Source: a virus (Duplodnaviria > Caudoviricetes). Taken from it: a stretch of DNA of 64,000 bases. Under the pieces are notes generated by a model. That model ran no database searches, had not been told where the DNA came from, and saw nothing but the letters and a program-made list of their open reading frames with translations. The position numbers and the translations under genes were made by a program. Below are positions 9,715-19,553 of this stretch, piece after piece (the stretch's first letter is position 1; each line of letters starts with the position of its first letter). The stretch covers positions 1 through 64,000 of IMG/VR virus record IMGVR_UViG_3300013281_000008. One strand, written 5' to 3'.

Positions 9715-10164
9715 TTAGAATTCCATCCTCAAATAAGTACCGACTTTCGGATTGGCCAATTCAGCGTCCACTTCCGCACCAACCCACGAATTGAAAAATG
9801 GGAGTCTAAACTCGCCGCCAATACGAGGTACTAACTTCGAAGGGTCCTTGACAGCAACTGCAACACCGCCTTTAACTGCATAATGTTTCTTATCTCGGAT
9901 CTTTTCTAGTTCCTTCTCGTTCTTCTGTTCGTTGGTCTTACTGTCCTTTTCTTTATCTCGGGTGATTCGTTCAGTGAGCTTTCCGGTATTAGGATCAAAC
10001 TTCTCTACAACTTCTTTTTCTTTCTCCTTAACGACCTTTTCCTTTTCAACAATCTTTTCAACTTCTCGCACTTTGTCAGGTGCCATATAGTAACCCAAAC
10101 CGCTTCCGAGAACGAATATAACAACTCCAGCTAATGCCAATTTAAGATAGTTCATTATTTTCAT
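9715..10164 (-). CDS. membrane-anchored coiled-coil protein with beta-rich C-terminus
   Basis: N-terminal TM helix, EK-rich coil, ends in RMEF. Confidence 0.55.
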   Translation of the reverse strand: MKIMNYLKLALAGVVIFVLGSGLGYYMAPDKVREVEKIVEKEKVVKEKEKEVVEKFDPNTGKLTERITRDKEKDSKTNEQKNEKELEKIRDKKHYAVKGGVAVAVKDPSKLVPRIGGEFRLPFFNSWVGAEVDAELANPKVGTYLRMEF

Positions 10165-10324
10165 CCTTCAGATCTATAATCGTATTACTTTGTTGATTTA
10201 AAATGTCTGTATATAGTTTGCATCTAAGCTCATTATTATAATTTCCAAAATTATACCCTTCAACGTAAAGCGTATCTTTTAAAATAACAAAGAGAGAAAA
10301 TGCTTGTTGTTCTGTTAATCTCAT
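10142..10324 (-). CDS. hypothetical protein
   Basis: 60-aa ORF. Confidence 0.45.
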   Translation of the reverse strand: MRLTEQQAFSLFVILKDTLYVEGYNFGNYNNELRCKLYTDILNQQSNTIIDLKDENNELS

Positions 10325-10436
10325 TTTTATTCCTTATTGATCTAAATAACGACTATCGCCTTTATTGCAATCTGGGCAATATTCTTCTCCAGTATTATTC
10401 AAAGGTTCATCTCCGCAACTAGGGCATTCTTCTAAT

Positions 10437-11108
10437 TTATAAGATTCCATAGTTCCTTTTTAACACATTTTCAGCCGTTTGTAAAATCCTTTCTTCAAAT
10501 TCTTCTAATCCATCATTATTGCTAACGATTTTAGCATTCTTGGCTATTTCTTTAATTTCAAGCTCAGACGAATGTTCACCTGCTTTAGCTTCGGCTTCAT
10601 CTCGCTTAATATAGATTACATCGAATCCTAACTTGTCGTCAAGCATGGTCTTTAAAGTGTTGTATTCATTAAGGAATCTCAAATCAGTCACGACATAATT
10701 CTGGGACGTCTGAAACTGTATGCTTTCTATCATCTTGCGAATATGGATAGTTGGCTCTCGTTCTCTAAGAATCTCAGTACCAACGTACTGAAGAACCGCC
10801 CTAGGGGTCCAAAATCCAGCATTAAGGTGCTTCCTAAAATCCTGAGTTCTAAGCTTCAGTCCATACATCTCGTAAATCAAAGGTAGTGTGACCAGAGTCA
10901 AACGAAAAGCAGGGACTGCTGGATTTAAAGCCATTTCCTTAAAGTGTGGGTCTTCAAAATATTTAATGTCGGTTTCAAATACTATTGAGCACACTTCCTT
11001 TAAGTATTTAGCCAACTGAAGCTCAACAATATCAGGGTATTTAGCTTTAATAAAGTTAAATGCCGTTGTTTTGCCCGCTCCCTTATTTCCGGTCAAACCA
11101 ATAATCAT
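10437..11108 (-). CDS. deoxynucleoside monophosphate kinase
   Basis: IIGLTG.KGAGKTT P-loop, R.vLQ.vGTE, VTDLRF.NE, H.SE motifs. Confidence 0.88.
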   Translation of the reverse strand: MIIGLTGNKGAGKTTAFNFIKAKYPDIVELQLAKYLKEVCSIVFETDIKYFEDPHFKEMALNPAVPAFRLTLVTLPLIYEMYGLKLRTQDFRKHLNAGFWTPRAVLQYVGTEILREREPTIHIRKMIESIQFQTSQNYVVTDLRFLNEYNTLKTMLDDKLGFDVIYIKRDEAEAKAGEHSSELEIKEIAKNAKIVSNNDGLEEFEERILQTAENVLKRNYGIL

Positions 11109-13264
11109 AATACCAATACCTCTGCCAACTTAGCCTGGTTGCGCTTCAATTTATAATTAAGAAACAACGATTTTACATCGATGATATTATCAAATACTAG
11201 CGCAGTTTTATATAGTTTGTCAAGTAGCCTTTTAGGATCATAGTCACCAGCAAAATCTTCAATAAGCTTAATAGTACCATCTTCTTTAAAGTAGGCATGG
11301 ATCTTATCGCCTTCAAATACGGATTTATTCTCTATTGCGTCTTTAACCTTTTGCTCATTACTTCGGTGAGGATTGAGGATCTTCTCGGTTATGGTTTTTT
11401 TATATGCCCATCGATTCATGTCTTTAATATCGAAGATCTCCTTGACATATTTATGGTAAATGTCTACATAATTCGTGTGACCGTCAATCATTGCCTTTAG
11501 TATCTCTTGGATAAACTCAGCAAGTGCTGGTTCCTTCTGAGTAGCTTTAAGGGCTGAGCCTTTAGTCTTAATCTTCTTTCCATCATAAAGGAGATAGTTC
11601 TTAGCTTTAGCAATAACTACTCTAGGATAGTAGCCATCATCTTCCCATCTAATCTTCTCCGGGAATATGGAGTTAAGTTCTACTAGAAGATCTTTCTTTT
11701 CTTGGTCTGAGAAAGGAGATTGATCTTCTTTACAAACCATAATGGAATCAGTGTCGCCAGACGTAATGATAAACTTCTTAGATTCGGCCCAAGATATCGA
11801 TTTATTTAGAATCTCTCTGCCATTCCTTGTGACTTCAGCGGCACCATTTGGATAATTAAAACTAAGTCCAGTTGCACCCATAAAACCAAAGAAACTATTA
11901 ATTAGGATTTTCTGACTCTGTTCTAATCCTGAAAAATAGCCATCTTTAGTTTCTTTTGCTTTCTTCTTGTTCTTCAATCTCTCGGATGTAAAGTATTGGA
12001 GAATCTGTAGCATATTTTGATTTGGATCTTTAGCTTTATCGAAAATCTCATAATTGATCATGATTGAAGGATACAAGCTAGATGCATCCCACTTGACACA
12101 ATGTGAATAAATTCCAGAATGGCCAAATGAAATACCGCCTTCGAATTGTGCTGGAGGTGAGGCTTTCGGAATCGAATGACCTTCCTGTAGATAGCTTCTA
12201 ACCATCAAACCATTAATCTGGCTTCCAGTTGCTGATTCTATAATTGACTGATAAGAACGAGGAATAGATTGGGCCATATAAAAGAATACCGGGCTCATTA
12301 AATCGTAGAGGGCCAATGCATCATCCGCATCGTGTTCGGCATAATCCTTAATCTTCTGCCATTCCTCTTGAATCTGATAATTAGCATTGATTTTGCTAGC
12401 GTCGTAAAACTGTCGTCCTTCTACTTGGAGTCCTTCCTCGGCTATGATATTCTTAAGACTATAGCTTTTGTACTTTCTTCCTACATCGTACTTGAACGCC
12501 AAGAAAAGAGTATCAATTACTTCCCGACCAAAAATAGTAGCTCGATTGTAGTTATAGAACTGGGAGCCATCTTTCCTAAACTTCCTTTGGAATTGCTCAA
12601 ACTTAACCGATGTATTGTTACGTCCTAACTTTAGGAATGTCCGACTCATGTTAGCTACGTGTTGTAAATAGGGCAAGTCAAACATAAAGATATTATGTCC
12701 AACAATAATGGAAGGATCTATTTCTCTCACCCAATCGCACCATTTCTCTAGCATGTCCTTCTGGTTTCTGTACTGATCATAACAAAACATCTTGCGAGTA
12801 ATTTTTCCGTCAAAAGAACGATAAGTATTCGAGATAATCAATACCTTAGAATCGGGAGTATGCTTAATAGACGTCGTTTCAATATCGAAAGAAAGAATAG
12901 ATACTTGCTTATGGTTCATTCCTTTAAAATAGGTAAAGCCATCCTTAAGCATGGCTTGTTCTTTAGGATCATTGGGTGCCCAGACGTCTTCTTTACCAAG
13001 TTCGTAAAGCTTCTTCTCTTTACGGAATTCAAAATAATCATCATAAAGCTTTGCATACTTATAATGAAGATTACCATCAAGCTCTAGCCATCCTTTAGGT
13101 TCTAGGGGTTGTGGGGCTAAAACCCAGGCTTCATAAGGATAAGACAGAGTGGAAATTTCTCCATTCTTTTCAATAAATATCTGAAGTGTGTCCCTATTAT
13201 ACTCAATAGAAACAATATTTTCGGTTGGCTCTTTGCCGTGGACTATTTCAAGGATTTTAGTCAT
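11105..13264 (-). CDS. polB: family B DNA polymerase
   Basis: Exo motifs FDIET, GHNI..FD; pol motifs DASSLYPS, K.L.NS.FG, GDTDS; start ATG 13264 overlaps the primase stop (ATGACTAA). Confidence 0.95.
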   Translation of the reverse strand: MTKILEIVHGKEPTENIVSIEYNRDTLQIFIEKNGEISTLSYPYEAWVLAPQPLEPKGWLELDGNLHYKYAKLYDDYFEFRKEKKLYELGKEDVWAPNDPKEQAMLKDGFTYFKGMNHKQVSILSFDIETTSIKHTPDSKVLIISNTYRSFDGKITRKMFCYDQYRNQKDMLEKWCDWVREIDPSIIVGHNIFMFDLPYLQHVANMSRTFLKLGRNNTSVKFEQFQRKFRKDGSQFYNYNRATIFGREVIDTLFLAFKYDVGRKYKSYSLKNIIAEEGLQVEGRQFYDASKINANYQIQEEWQKIKDYAEHDADDALALYDLMSPVFFYMAQSIPRSYQSIIESATGSQINGLMVRSYLQEGHSIPKASPPAQFEGGISFGHSGIYSHCVKWDASSLYPSIMINYEIFDKAKDPNQNMLQILQYFTSERLKNKKKAKETKDGYFSGLEQSQKILINSFFGFMGATGLSFNYPNGAAEVTRNGREILNKSISWAESKKFIITSGDTDSIMVCKEDQSPFSDQEKKDLLVELNSIFPEKIRWEDDGYYPRVVIAKAKNYLLYDGKKIKTKGSALKATQKEPALAEFIQEILKAMIDGHTNYVDIYHKYVKEIFDIKDMNRWAYKKTITEKILNPHRSNEQKVKDAIENKSVFEGDKIHAYFKEDGTIKLIEDFAGDYDPKRLLDKLYKTALVFDNIIDVKSLFLNYKLKRNQAKLAEVLVL

Positions 13265-15275
13265 TAAACGGCTTCTTAACATCCTTGAACGATTTAATAC
13301 TTAAAATCTTAGTGTTAATAGGTTCATCTGATTCTTCAGCATCGTCCATTACTTCTTCCATGTCATACTGAGCTTCCAGATTCTGTTTCTTCTCAGTCAT
13401 CTTACGAATCATTTGAGCTTTCTTATGATAAGGAATAAAGATCTCGGATTTTTCATCTATTGTCATTGGGCGGAAATCCTTGCTAACTGAGTCTAGAACA
13501 AGGAGGCGCCAATCATACACCGTGATTCGGTCCCGATTCTCCTCGTCTTGCTCTCTGATCTTACAGTATTGGAATGAGGTCACTTTAAGATCAATCTCCT
13601 TCTGAACCCGTCTAAGTGGCTGCCACGCCGTGATGATGTAGTCACAATACCAATCAAAATGAGAAATCCCATAAGCCGCATTGCCTTCAATCGGAATATC
13701 ACCAACCCCAGACTTCGATTTAGTCGTTTGAGACTGAGCTATAATGAATACATCTAGTTCTTTGGCTAAGGTTTTGAGTTCAGCGCAAATCCGCTCAAGT
13801 GGCATACTCTTTTTAGAGTCAAATCCAAAGTCTGCATTATTGATCAGATTAAAATTAGGAATTTTAGTTGTATCGATGACTGGGCTAATCGCGGCAATAT
13901 GGTCAATAGTAATAGCCAGAACCTTCTTTCCGGTCACTTGCTCAGTATGACGCACTGTCCAGTAAATCTCTTGCAAACCTATACGAATCGGATTACCATC
14001 TTCGTCCTCATTACTAATGATGTACAGTCTATCATCAAAATCCTCATGAGCGACATTGCCTTTCTTCCATCTCTTAATCATTTGATGGGCTGGCATTTCC
14101 AAACTGAAGTACATGAGTAGTCCGTCGCCAGTATTATTGCGAGCAATATGCCGAAACATCGACAACGCTAGAGTTGACTTACCAATACCTTCCCCAGCAA
14201 TCAATCCAAGAACTTCAGTTCGCCTCCAACCGGAATGTGTTCGATCCATAAAGGACGGACCATATATTCTTTCACCCATTGTCGGGAGTTTGCCAGACAC
14301 AGTCATTGCTTTAACAGTCGATGCGACGTGAGTCGGACGCATCTTGAATACCTTATCGATAATACCAGTTACATAGTCTTCTGGATTGCCTTGGTATTCT
14401 CTGGCCTTCTTGGTGTGCATCAAAACCTGAAAAACTTCATTCTTATTGAAGAAGTGTTCAAATAGCTTGTTACAGAGGGCATAGTCGGCACTCGATCTAT
14501 CACCACTGGTTTCAATAGGATTCTCAAAAAGCCGACGTATGCCTTCCTCCTTCTTCATCAGTTTGATAAATTTCTCAGGTAAGATAGAGAAGTCAGGAGT
14601 TTGATCCATAATACTTTTATATGTACCATTAAGTCTGGATAATTTCAAGTCCAGTTTTATTCGATCTCTCTCAGATAACGGCTGGATGGTCTTCATTACA
14701 TCCTCAAATGTATAAGTCCCATCGTCCATATACTCGAACAATTCTTGGCACTTCTTTAACTCATTAAACTTCTTAGTATTAATAGTTCCTGGCAGTCTCA
14801 TAATACGAGAAGGATTCCAGATACTAGCATCACTCTTAAAATGAGCTATAAGCCTCAGTTGGCCTTCTAGAAACCTAGCTTGATCTAAGTCAGAGACTCT
14901 CCAGTAAACATGATAGCCATTTCCAGACGTTGTTACAGTTGTAGGAACTGGCTTAAACTTCTTAAGAGATTCCAAGAACTTTTCACCAGAACCGTAGTTA
15001 TCTTGAAGTTGTTTAGCATCAATGTCGATATAGATATATTGAAATACGTCTATATCTTTGTCCTGAATAGTTCCAGTGGGGGGTGTGCTTGGGTAATTTG
15101 GAAAGAAATAAACATTATAGCCCAGTTTATTCTTTTCCTCGATAAATCCATCAGATAGTTCTAGATCACCAATGACATCTGGTCCATCAATCTCTTGAAC
15201 GAAATCTTTATTGGATCTACCAGTAGCTTTACTGATGGGTTTAGCCCATTCTGGTTTTATAAGACGATAATACAT
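13257..15275 (-). CDS. bifunctional primase (RepB/AEP-like)-SF4 (DnaB-like) helicase
   Basis: DID, SGNGYHVYW, RIMRLPGT.N.K primase motifs; GEGIGKS Walker A, FSLEM, IDH, SQ helicase motifs. Confidence 0.88.
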   Translation of the reverse strand: MYYRLIKPEWAKPISKATGRSNKDFVQEIDGPDVIGDLELSDGFIEEKNKLGYNVYFFPNYPSTPPTGTIQDKDIDVFQYIYIDIDAKQLQDNYGSGEKFLESLKKFKPVPTTVTTSGNGYHVYWRVSDLDQARFLEGQLRLIAHFKSDASIWNPSRIMRLPGTINTKKFNELKKCQELFEYMDDGTYTFEDVMKTIQPLSERDRIKLDLKLSRLNGTYKSIMDQTPDFSILPEKFIKLMKKEEGIRRLFENPIETSGDRSSADYALCNKLFEHFFNKNEVFQVLMHTKKAREYQGNPEDYVTGIIDKVFKMRPTHVASTVKAMTVSGKLPTMGERIYGPSFMDRTHSGWRRTEVLGLIAGEGIGKSTLALSMFRHIARNNTGDGLLMYFSLEMPAHQMIKRWKKGNVAHEDFDDRLYIISNEDEDGNPIRIGLQEIYWTVRHTEQVTGKKVLAITIDHIAAISPVIDTTKIPNFNLINNADFGFDSKKSMPLERICAELKTLAKELDVFIIAQSQTTKSKSGVGDIPIEGNAAYGISHFDWYCDYIITAWQPLRRVQKEIDLKVTSFQYCKIREQDEENRDRITVYDWRLLVLDSVSKDFRPMTIDEKSEIFIPYHKKAQMIRKMTEKKQNLEAQYDMEEVMDDAEESDEPINTKILSIKSFKDVKKPFND

Positions 15276-15358
15276 TTCCTCTCCAAATGTAAATTATGAG
15301 CAGTTTATTGCGTCATGCTCAGGACGTCTTTTGCTTGCTTCACATGGGAGGAGAGGGG
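15276..15358 (-). promoter_or_regulatory. RBS-sequestering 5' leader of the primase-helicase gene
   Basis: CCUCUCC (15356-15350) complementary to SD GGAGAGG (15284-15278); AUGUGAA pairs with UUUACAU; inner UGAGCA/UGCUCA hairpin. Confidence 0.65.
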
Positions 15359-15760
15359 TTAACTGTCTTCTTCGACGGAGTATCCGTCAGAGTCTAAATC
15401 TGCTTCATCATTACCCCCAGTTGAAGCAGAGCCCTCGCCTTCCTCGATCAGTGTCGTGCAATTATCATTATTAAGATCAACTTTAAGATTGAACTCAAGA
15501 CCGTCAATTTCCTTCGACGGAGCGTTCAAATAAATGCTATTAACTCGATAAACATTGCCGGTGTTGGTATCCTTGAAAAGGAGCTGTCCTTCGGCTTTAA
15601 TCGTCTTTCCATCTTTGGTCTGACGATCCTTGTTATTAATAAAACAAGTGAATTGTCCGGTATTAAACTTTGACTTCCAAATGGAGCCAATCGTTCGATA
15701 GCCGCTATAGTCCTTTTGAGTCTTAGTTGGTGTCTTTGCTGTTTTGTTTCCGAATCCCAT
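15359..15760 (-). CDS. putative single-stranded DNA-binding protein
   Basis: Beta-rich core with acidic disordered C-terminal tail; located between SSAP and primase. Confidence 0.5.
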   Translation of the reverse strand: MGFGNKTAKTPTKTQKDYSGYRTIGSIWKSKFNTGQFTCFINNKDRQTKDGKTIKAEGQLLFKDTNTGNVYRVNSIYLNAPSKEIDGLEFNLKVDLNNDNCTTLIEEGEGSASTGGNDEADLDSDGYSVEEDS

Positions 15761-15762
15761 GT

Positions 15763-16137
15763 TTATTTCCTCCCAAATCCCGTTGGTTTAGTTGTTAGTG
15801 TAGAACCTTTAGACGTAAACGTTGATTGCGGAGCGTCGTCCATTTCTTCTTCGGAAGCAATAGCGCTGTCTGCACTATATCCAGCAAATGCCAACGCTCG
15901 ACCTACTGCAACCGATTCGGCTTTCTCAAGCGACTTGGGTTCATTGAGTTCGCTAACCAATGAATGCCCGGTTGAGAGAGTCTTTCCATCTACTGAAACC
16001 TCAGCACTAACGAGCGCTGCGTTAGATTCAGGGAAAAGGCTTACTCCAGTTTTGATTGTCAATTTGGTTCCATGTTCTTTTCGAGCTTCCATAACTCGAA
16101 CATTAACTGGAACGTATGTATCTTTAATTCGGCTCAT
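15763..16137 (-). CDS. Rad52/Sak-like single-strand annealing protein
   Basis: YVPV..R...SLEKAES.AVGRALA..G...IAS.EEM pattern. Confidence 0.65.
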   Translation of the reverse strand: MSRIKDTYVPVNVRVMEARKEHGTKLTIKTGVSLFPESNAALVSAEVSVDGKTLSTGHSLVSELNEPKSLEKAESVAVGRALAFAGYSADSAIASEEEMDDAPQSTFTSKGSTLTTKPTGFGRK

Positions 16138-16155
16138 ATAACTCCTTATTCTATA

Positions 16156-16184
16156 AGTCTACTTTTGTTTTTGTTATTTGTCAA
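16156..16184 (-). promoter_or_regulatory. sigma70-type promoter TTGACA-N17-TAGACT
   Basis: Consensus -35 and 17-nt spacer; points into the SSAP-SSB-primase-PolB operon. Confidence 0.65.
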
Positions 16185-16274
16185 GAACTTGTTTTAAATG
16201 TTTATTAAGATAAAGCATAAAGAAAAACGAACCTATCCTATGAAAGACTTTATAAATAAAGTAATAAATATGCT

Positions 16275-17072
16275 TCATGGCTTTACCTTTAAGGAAGCTT
16301 TCTTTTCAGCCGAGAATAGGTTATTTCGACCACGGACTTCGGCTCCACAACTAGCACAAGAATAACGTTGATATTTACCAACACTGGTATAGCAATAACC
16401 ATTTTTATGGAATTTCTCGCTTCCACAGCTACACACCATGGATTCTGTATCGGTATATAAGTTATAATTCAAACTTCCATCCCATGGTCTAAACTTCTTA
16501 TAAAGTTCCTCAAGGGCTAAGACGTCATGTTTATTATATAATTCCATCTCTTTCCATGCATCTTTATTACCCTTAAGACACTCGGTCCAAAGCTCATGTC
16601 CTGGATACTTCTTATGCTTAAGCTTTTTATACTTAGTATCAGTTACATTGGTCATGTATTCCAAACGATTGGAGGTAAAACCAAACTTCTTCTTAGCAAT
16701 CTTCTTAGTGTCAATGGATTTATATGAACTCGGGGGATTATAACCATTGATTAAAAATCGAGCATTTAGTTTCTTTAAATCGAACTGGTCTCCATTTTGT
16801 GTGATAATAACCTGGGCTTCATTCATAAGTTCCCAAATCCCAGAAAGGAGCTTTTTATCACTACCCATATCTTTTGAATTTCGAAGATCTTGGTAGAACA
16901 ATTTGGGTTCATCTAACCATTTAGCACACCAGGCTATGATATTCCAATCTTTCTTAATCTGATTCAATCCAACATCTTGATTCCAGATACTCCATACATT
17001 AGCTAGGATCGGAGCGGTCTCTATATCCAGTAGGAGTATACGAACTCCTTTATTTTTGCTTGATTTACTCAT
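16275..17072 (-). CDS. RNase H-like (DEDD) exonuclease with C-terminal zinc ribbon
   Basis: LLDIETAP, QNG..FD, YN.HDV..L; CxC...C..C tail. Confidence 0.8.
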   Translation of the reverse strand: MSKSSKNKGVRILLLDIETAPILANVWSIWNQDVGLNQIKKDWNIIAWCAKWLDEPKLFYQDLRNSKDMGSDKKLLSGIWELMNEAQVIITQNGDQFDLKKLNARFLINGYNPPSSYKSIDTKKIAKKKFGFTSNRLEYMTNVTDTKYKKLKHKKYPGHELWTECLKGNKDAWKEMELYNKHDVLALEELYKKFRPWDGSLNYNLYTDTESMVCSCGSEKFHKNGYCYTSVGKYQRYSCASCGAEVRGRNNLFSAEKKASLKVKP

Positions 17073-17304
17073 AATACTTTATAACCGTCTTTCCTCCGTG
17101 TGAATGAATAGCTTCCAATTCTTTCATATTATCAAATATAGTGATTGTATGGTGTTGTGTGAGCCAAGATAGAACAACTCGTCCAGTACTCAGTTCAACC
17201 CCCTCAGCAACATATCCTTCACCCGAAACACCATGAACATCTTGCAAACGTTCTAGGTAAAACATCCTCATACCTGGCTTTGGTTTCTTAGATTTCTTTG
17301 GCAT
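17065..17304 (-). CDS. conserved small phage protein
   Basis: FYL.R..DV.GVSG.G.VAEGV..HGG.T pattern. Confidence 0.55.
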   Translation of the reverse strand: MPKKSKKPKPGMRMFYLERLQDVHGVSGEGYVAEGVELSTGRVVLSWLTQHHTITIFDNMKELEAIHSHGGKTVIKYYE

Positions 17305-17306
17305 AC

Positions 17307-17540
17307 TTATTCCAAATCGTTAGTCAGTTCATTAAACTTTCTGCGGATAGTTTCAATCACTTCTAATTCTCTATTAGAGTGCATTGTTTTATCTTCCATT
17401 AGAGATACTTCATATTTTAAAGCAGATCTAAGCCAATTGTCAAATTCATCACAAGCAAATCTTAAGGAAGCGCCTTCTCGGGCTAATTTGAAGTCTTCTG
17501 ATTCTTCAGGCAAATTAAATTCTAAAATAGATTTCGGCAT
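17307..17540 (-). CDS. hypothetical protein
   Basis: 77-aa ORF in operon. Confidence 0.55.
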   Translation of the reverse strand: MPKSILEFNLPEESEDFKLAREGASLRFACDEFDNWLRSALKYEVSLMEDKTMHSNRELEVIETIRRKFNELTNDLE

Positions 17541-17542
17541 AA

Positions 17543-17941
17543 TTATTTGAGAACTTTAACCATGTTAGTCATCTGTTGATCCGTTTTAATAAACCCCTTG
17601 GCTTCAAGTCTCTCCATAAGCTTAGGATGTAGAATTGAAGTCACTATATACTTTTTACCCTTTAATTTGGATAATGTCAAGAGATTATCAATTAACTCCT
17701 CTAAAGCCTTAGCTCTTTCCTCTTTAGTGGTCTCAGGGTCTGCAATAATCCATTCCATCCATCCGGTCAAACTATTAGAAGTATAAAGAAATCCAGCACA
17801 TACGTCTTTGTCATCTATTGACACTATAATACCCAGATCTGGAAGCATATCCTGCGGAACCGGTGTCCATTTCTGCTTAGTCCACCATTCTTGGATCTTT
17901 TCATAATCTTCAGGCCTGTACATTTTGTGCTTGATATTCAT
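17543..17941 (-). CDS. GNAT-fold acetyltransferase-like protein
   Basis: Size and secondary-structure pattern ending L...GF. Confidence 0.5.
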   Translation of the reverse strand: MNIKHKMYRPEDYEKIQEWWTKQKWTPVPQDMLPDLGIIVSIDDKDVCAGFLYTSNSLTGWMEWIIADPETTKEERAKALEELIDNLLTLSKLKGKKYIVTSILHPKLMERLEAKGFIKTDQQMTNMVKVLK

Positions 17942-18031
17942 AATAAATCTTCACCGGGGACAAGATTCGAACCTGTAATAGGTAAATTAACAGTTTACTG
18001 CGTTGCCAATTTCGCCACCCCGGTGAACATC

Positions 18032-18475
18032 CTACCTTCCACTCGAACCAAAAGAACCCTCACCTCGCTCAGTTGTAGACAACTCATCTACTTCTTCTAG
18101 CTCCACAATTGGATATGGCATAACAATCAACTGAGCTATCTTATCTCCTTTTTGATAAGCAGGGAACTCTGCATTATAAATGCAACGAAATCGAGCCTTT
18201 ATACTCCCTCTAAATGAGGCATCCAATACACCAACTGCATTGACAAGCATCATATTAGTATTGGAGATACTAGATCTTGAGAACAACAAACCAACGTAGC
18301 CTTCTGGAATCTCCATAGCAATGCCCGTGTCGTATTCCCATACTGAATACTCTTTACAACGAACTGGCTCACTGGCTGCAAAAAGATCCAACCCGGCAGA
18401 CCCCATGTCTGCACGAGTTGGTATCCTTGCGTTCGACGTGAGCTTTTTAAACTTTATCTTTAAGAAGTTTTGCAT
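18032..18475 (-). CDS. dut: trimeric dUTPase
   Basis: AGLDL, TGIA, SRSS, GVLDASFRG, AQL, RG.G.FGSSG motifs; start ATG 18475. Confidence 0.95.
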   Translation of the reverse strand: MQNFLKIKFKKLTSNARIPTRADMGSAGLDLFAASEPVRCKEYSVWEYDTGIAMEIPEGYVGLLFSRSSISNTNMMLVNAVGVLDASFRGSIKARFRCIYNAEFPAYQKGDKIAQLIVMPYPIVELEEVDELSTTERGEGSFGSSGR

Positions 18476-18707
18476 TGATATACTCAATATAATCTTGTAG
18501 TAAGACCGATACAACCGAGTCTTGTGAAATCTTTAGAGATTTAGACAGTCGCTTTAGTAGCTTATCTGCTTTTGAATCTATACCAAATTCAATCTCCACA
18601 AGGTTCTTATAATGATTATTACGCAGCTGTTCTTCTGCTAACATTTTAACTATCTGTTGTTCAGATATCTTAAGTTTCTTAGCAAGTTTTGTTAGCGTCG
18701 GATTCAT
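18447..18707 (-). CDS. hypothetical protein (possible DNA-binding)
   Basis: 86-aa ORF with helical repeat character. Confidence 0.45.
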   Translation of the reverse strand: MNPTLTKLAKKLKISEQQIVKMLAEEQLRNNHYKNLVEIEFGIDSKADKLLKRLSKSLKISQDSVVSVLLQDYIEYINAKLLKDKV

Positions 18708-19168
18708 TTCTGTAAGTCCTTCAATAGCTGTTTTACTTCTTTCACTTTACCAAGTTCTTTAGCGATATCCATAACTAATTCTAGTTCGTCTTCGTAAATA
18801 GTACGAAGCTTACGAGGTAAAGTCCCAGTGTCTTCTAACTGCTCTCTTAAGTCAAGTACCAGATCTAACTTATCAGCGAGCTTACCGAGACGAGCTTCCT
18901 TAGCATCTTCAAATTGGGGTCGCATCGCTTCGAACTTATCCAAACCACTCATCTTTTTCTTCGCTGGGCTCGGAATATCTCCAGTTTCTGCCTCCTCTAA
19001 ATCGTGTCCAGCTGCAGCAATTAGCTCCTTACCACCAAGATATGCATAAATAAAAAATACACGGAAAGAATGTTCCGCAACTGATTTCGGTTGCTGTAAT
19101 CTATGGGTCTGAAAACGTTGTACGTTATGGAGGTTCATTGCGAGTTTCAATTGCTCTAAGTTAATCAT
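18704..19168 (-). CDS. HD-domain phosphohydrolase (YfbR/DatZ-like)
   Basis: RF...SVAEHS...HD..EA.TGDIPSP.K...K.AD. Confidence 0.8.
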   Translation of the reverse strand: MINLEQLKLAMNLHNVQRFQTHRLQQPKSVAEHSFRVFFIYAYLGGKELIAAAGHDLEEAETGDIPSPAKKKMSGLDKFEAMRPQFEDAKEARLGKLADKLDLVLDLREQLEDTGTLPRKLRTIYEDELELVMDIAKELGKVKEVKQLLKDLQK

Positions 19169-19553
19169 TCTTTATACTCCCAAATCTCTCTTCGAGATCC
19201 ATTACGATCTCTTCCATGAGTTCATGAAAGTCTTTAGTTGTTACTACTCCCATTTCTTTCATTTCAAGTGAAGCGGAAAGAAGAAAGTTTATTACGTTAC
19301 CTTGATTCTGAATTAGTTGATCACCATACTCAATAATATTCATCTCTTCCTTGTCGATGTCGCCATAACAAGCATCAGACATATACGCAACTGAAATAAC
19401 TTTAGCAACTATTTCTAATCCCTTTTTAGTAATAGTATATGCTTTTTCACCATCTAAAACGGTCGGCTCTAGCCAACCCTCATCAATTGTAAATCCTACT
19501 TCTTGACGAACCTTTCGATCCATGAAATCATTCATGTCGGTTACTTTAGTCAT
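19161..19553 (-). CDS. hypothetical protein
   Basis: 130-aa ORF in operon. Confidence 0.6.
   Translation of the reverse strand: MTKVTDMNDFMDRKVRQEVGFTIDEGWLEPTVLDGEKAYTITKKGLEIVAKVISVAYMSDACYGDIDKEEMNIIEYGDQLIQNQGNVINFLLSASLEMKEMGVVTTKDFHELMEEIVMDLEERFGSIKND

Noticed and set aside
18704-19168. Z-genome (2-aminoadenine) pathway
   Set aside because: An HD enzyme alone is not diagnostic, and no purZ is in the window
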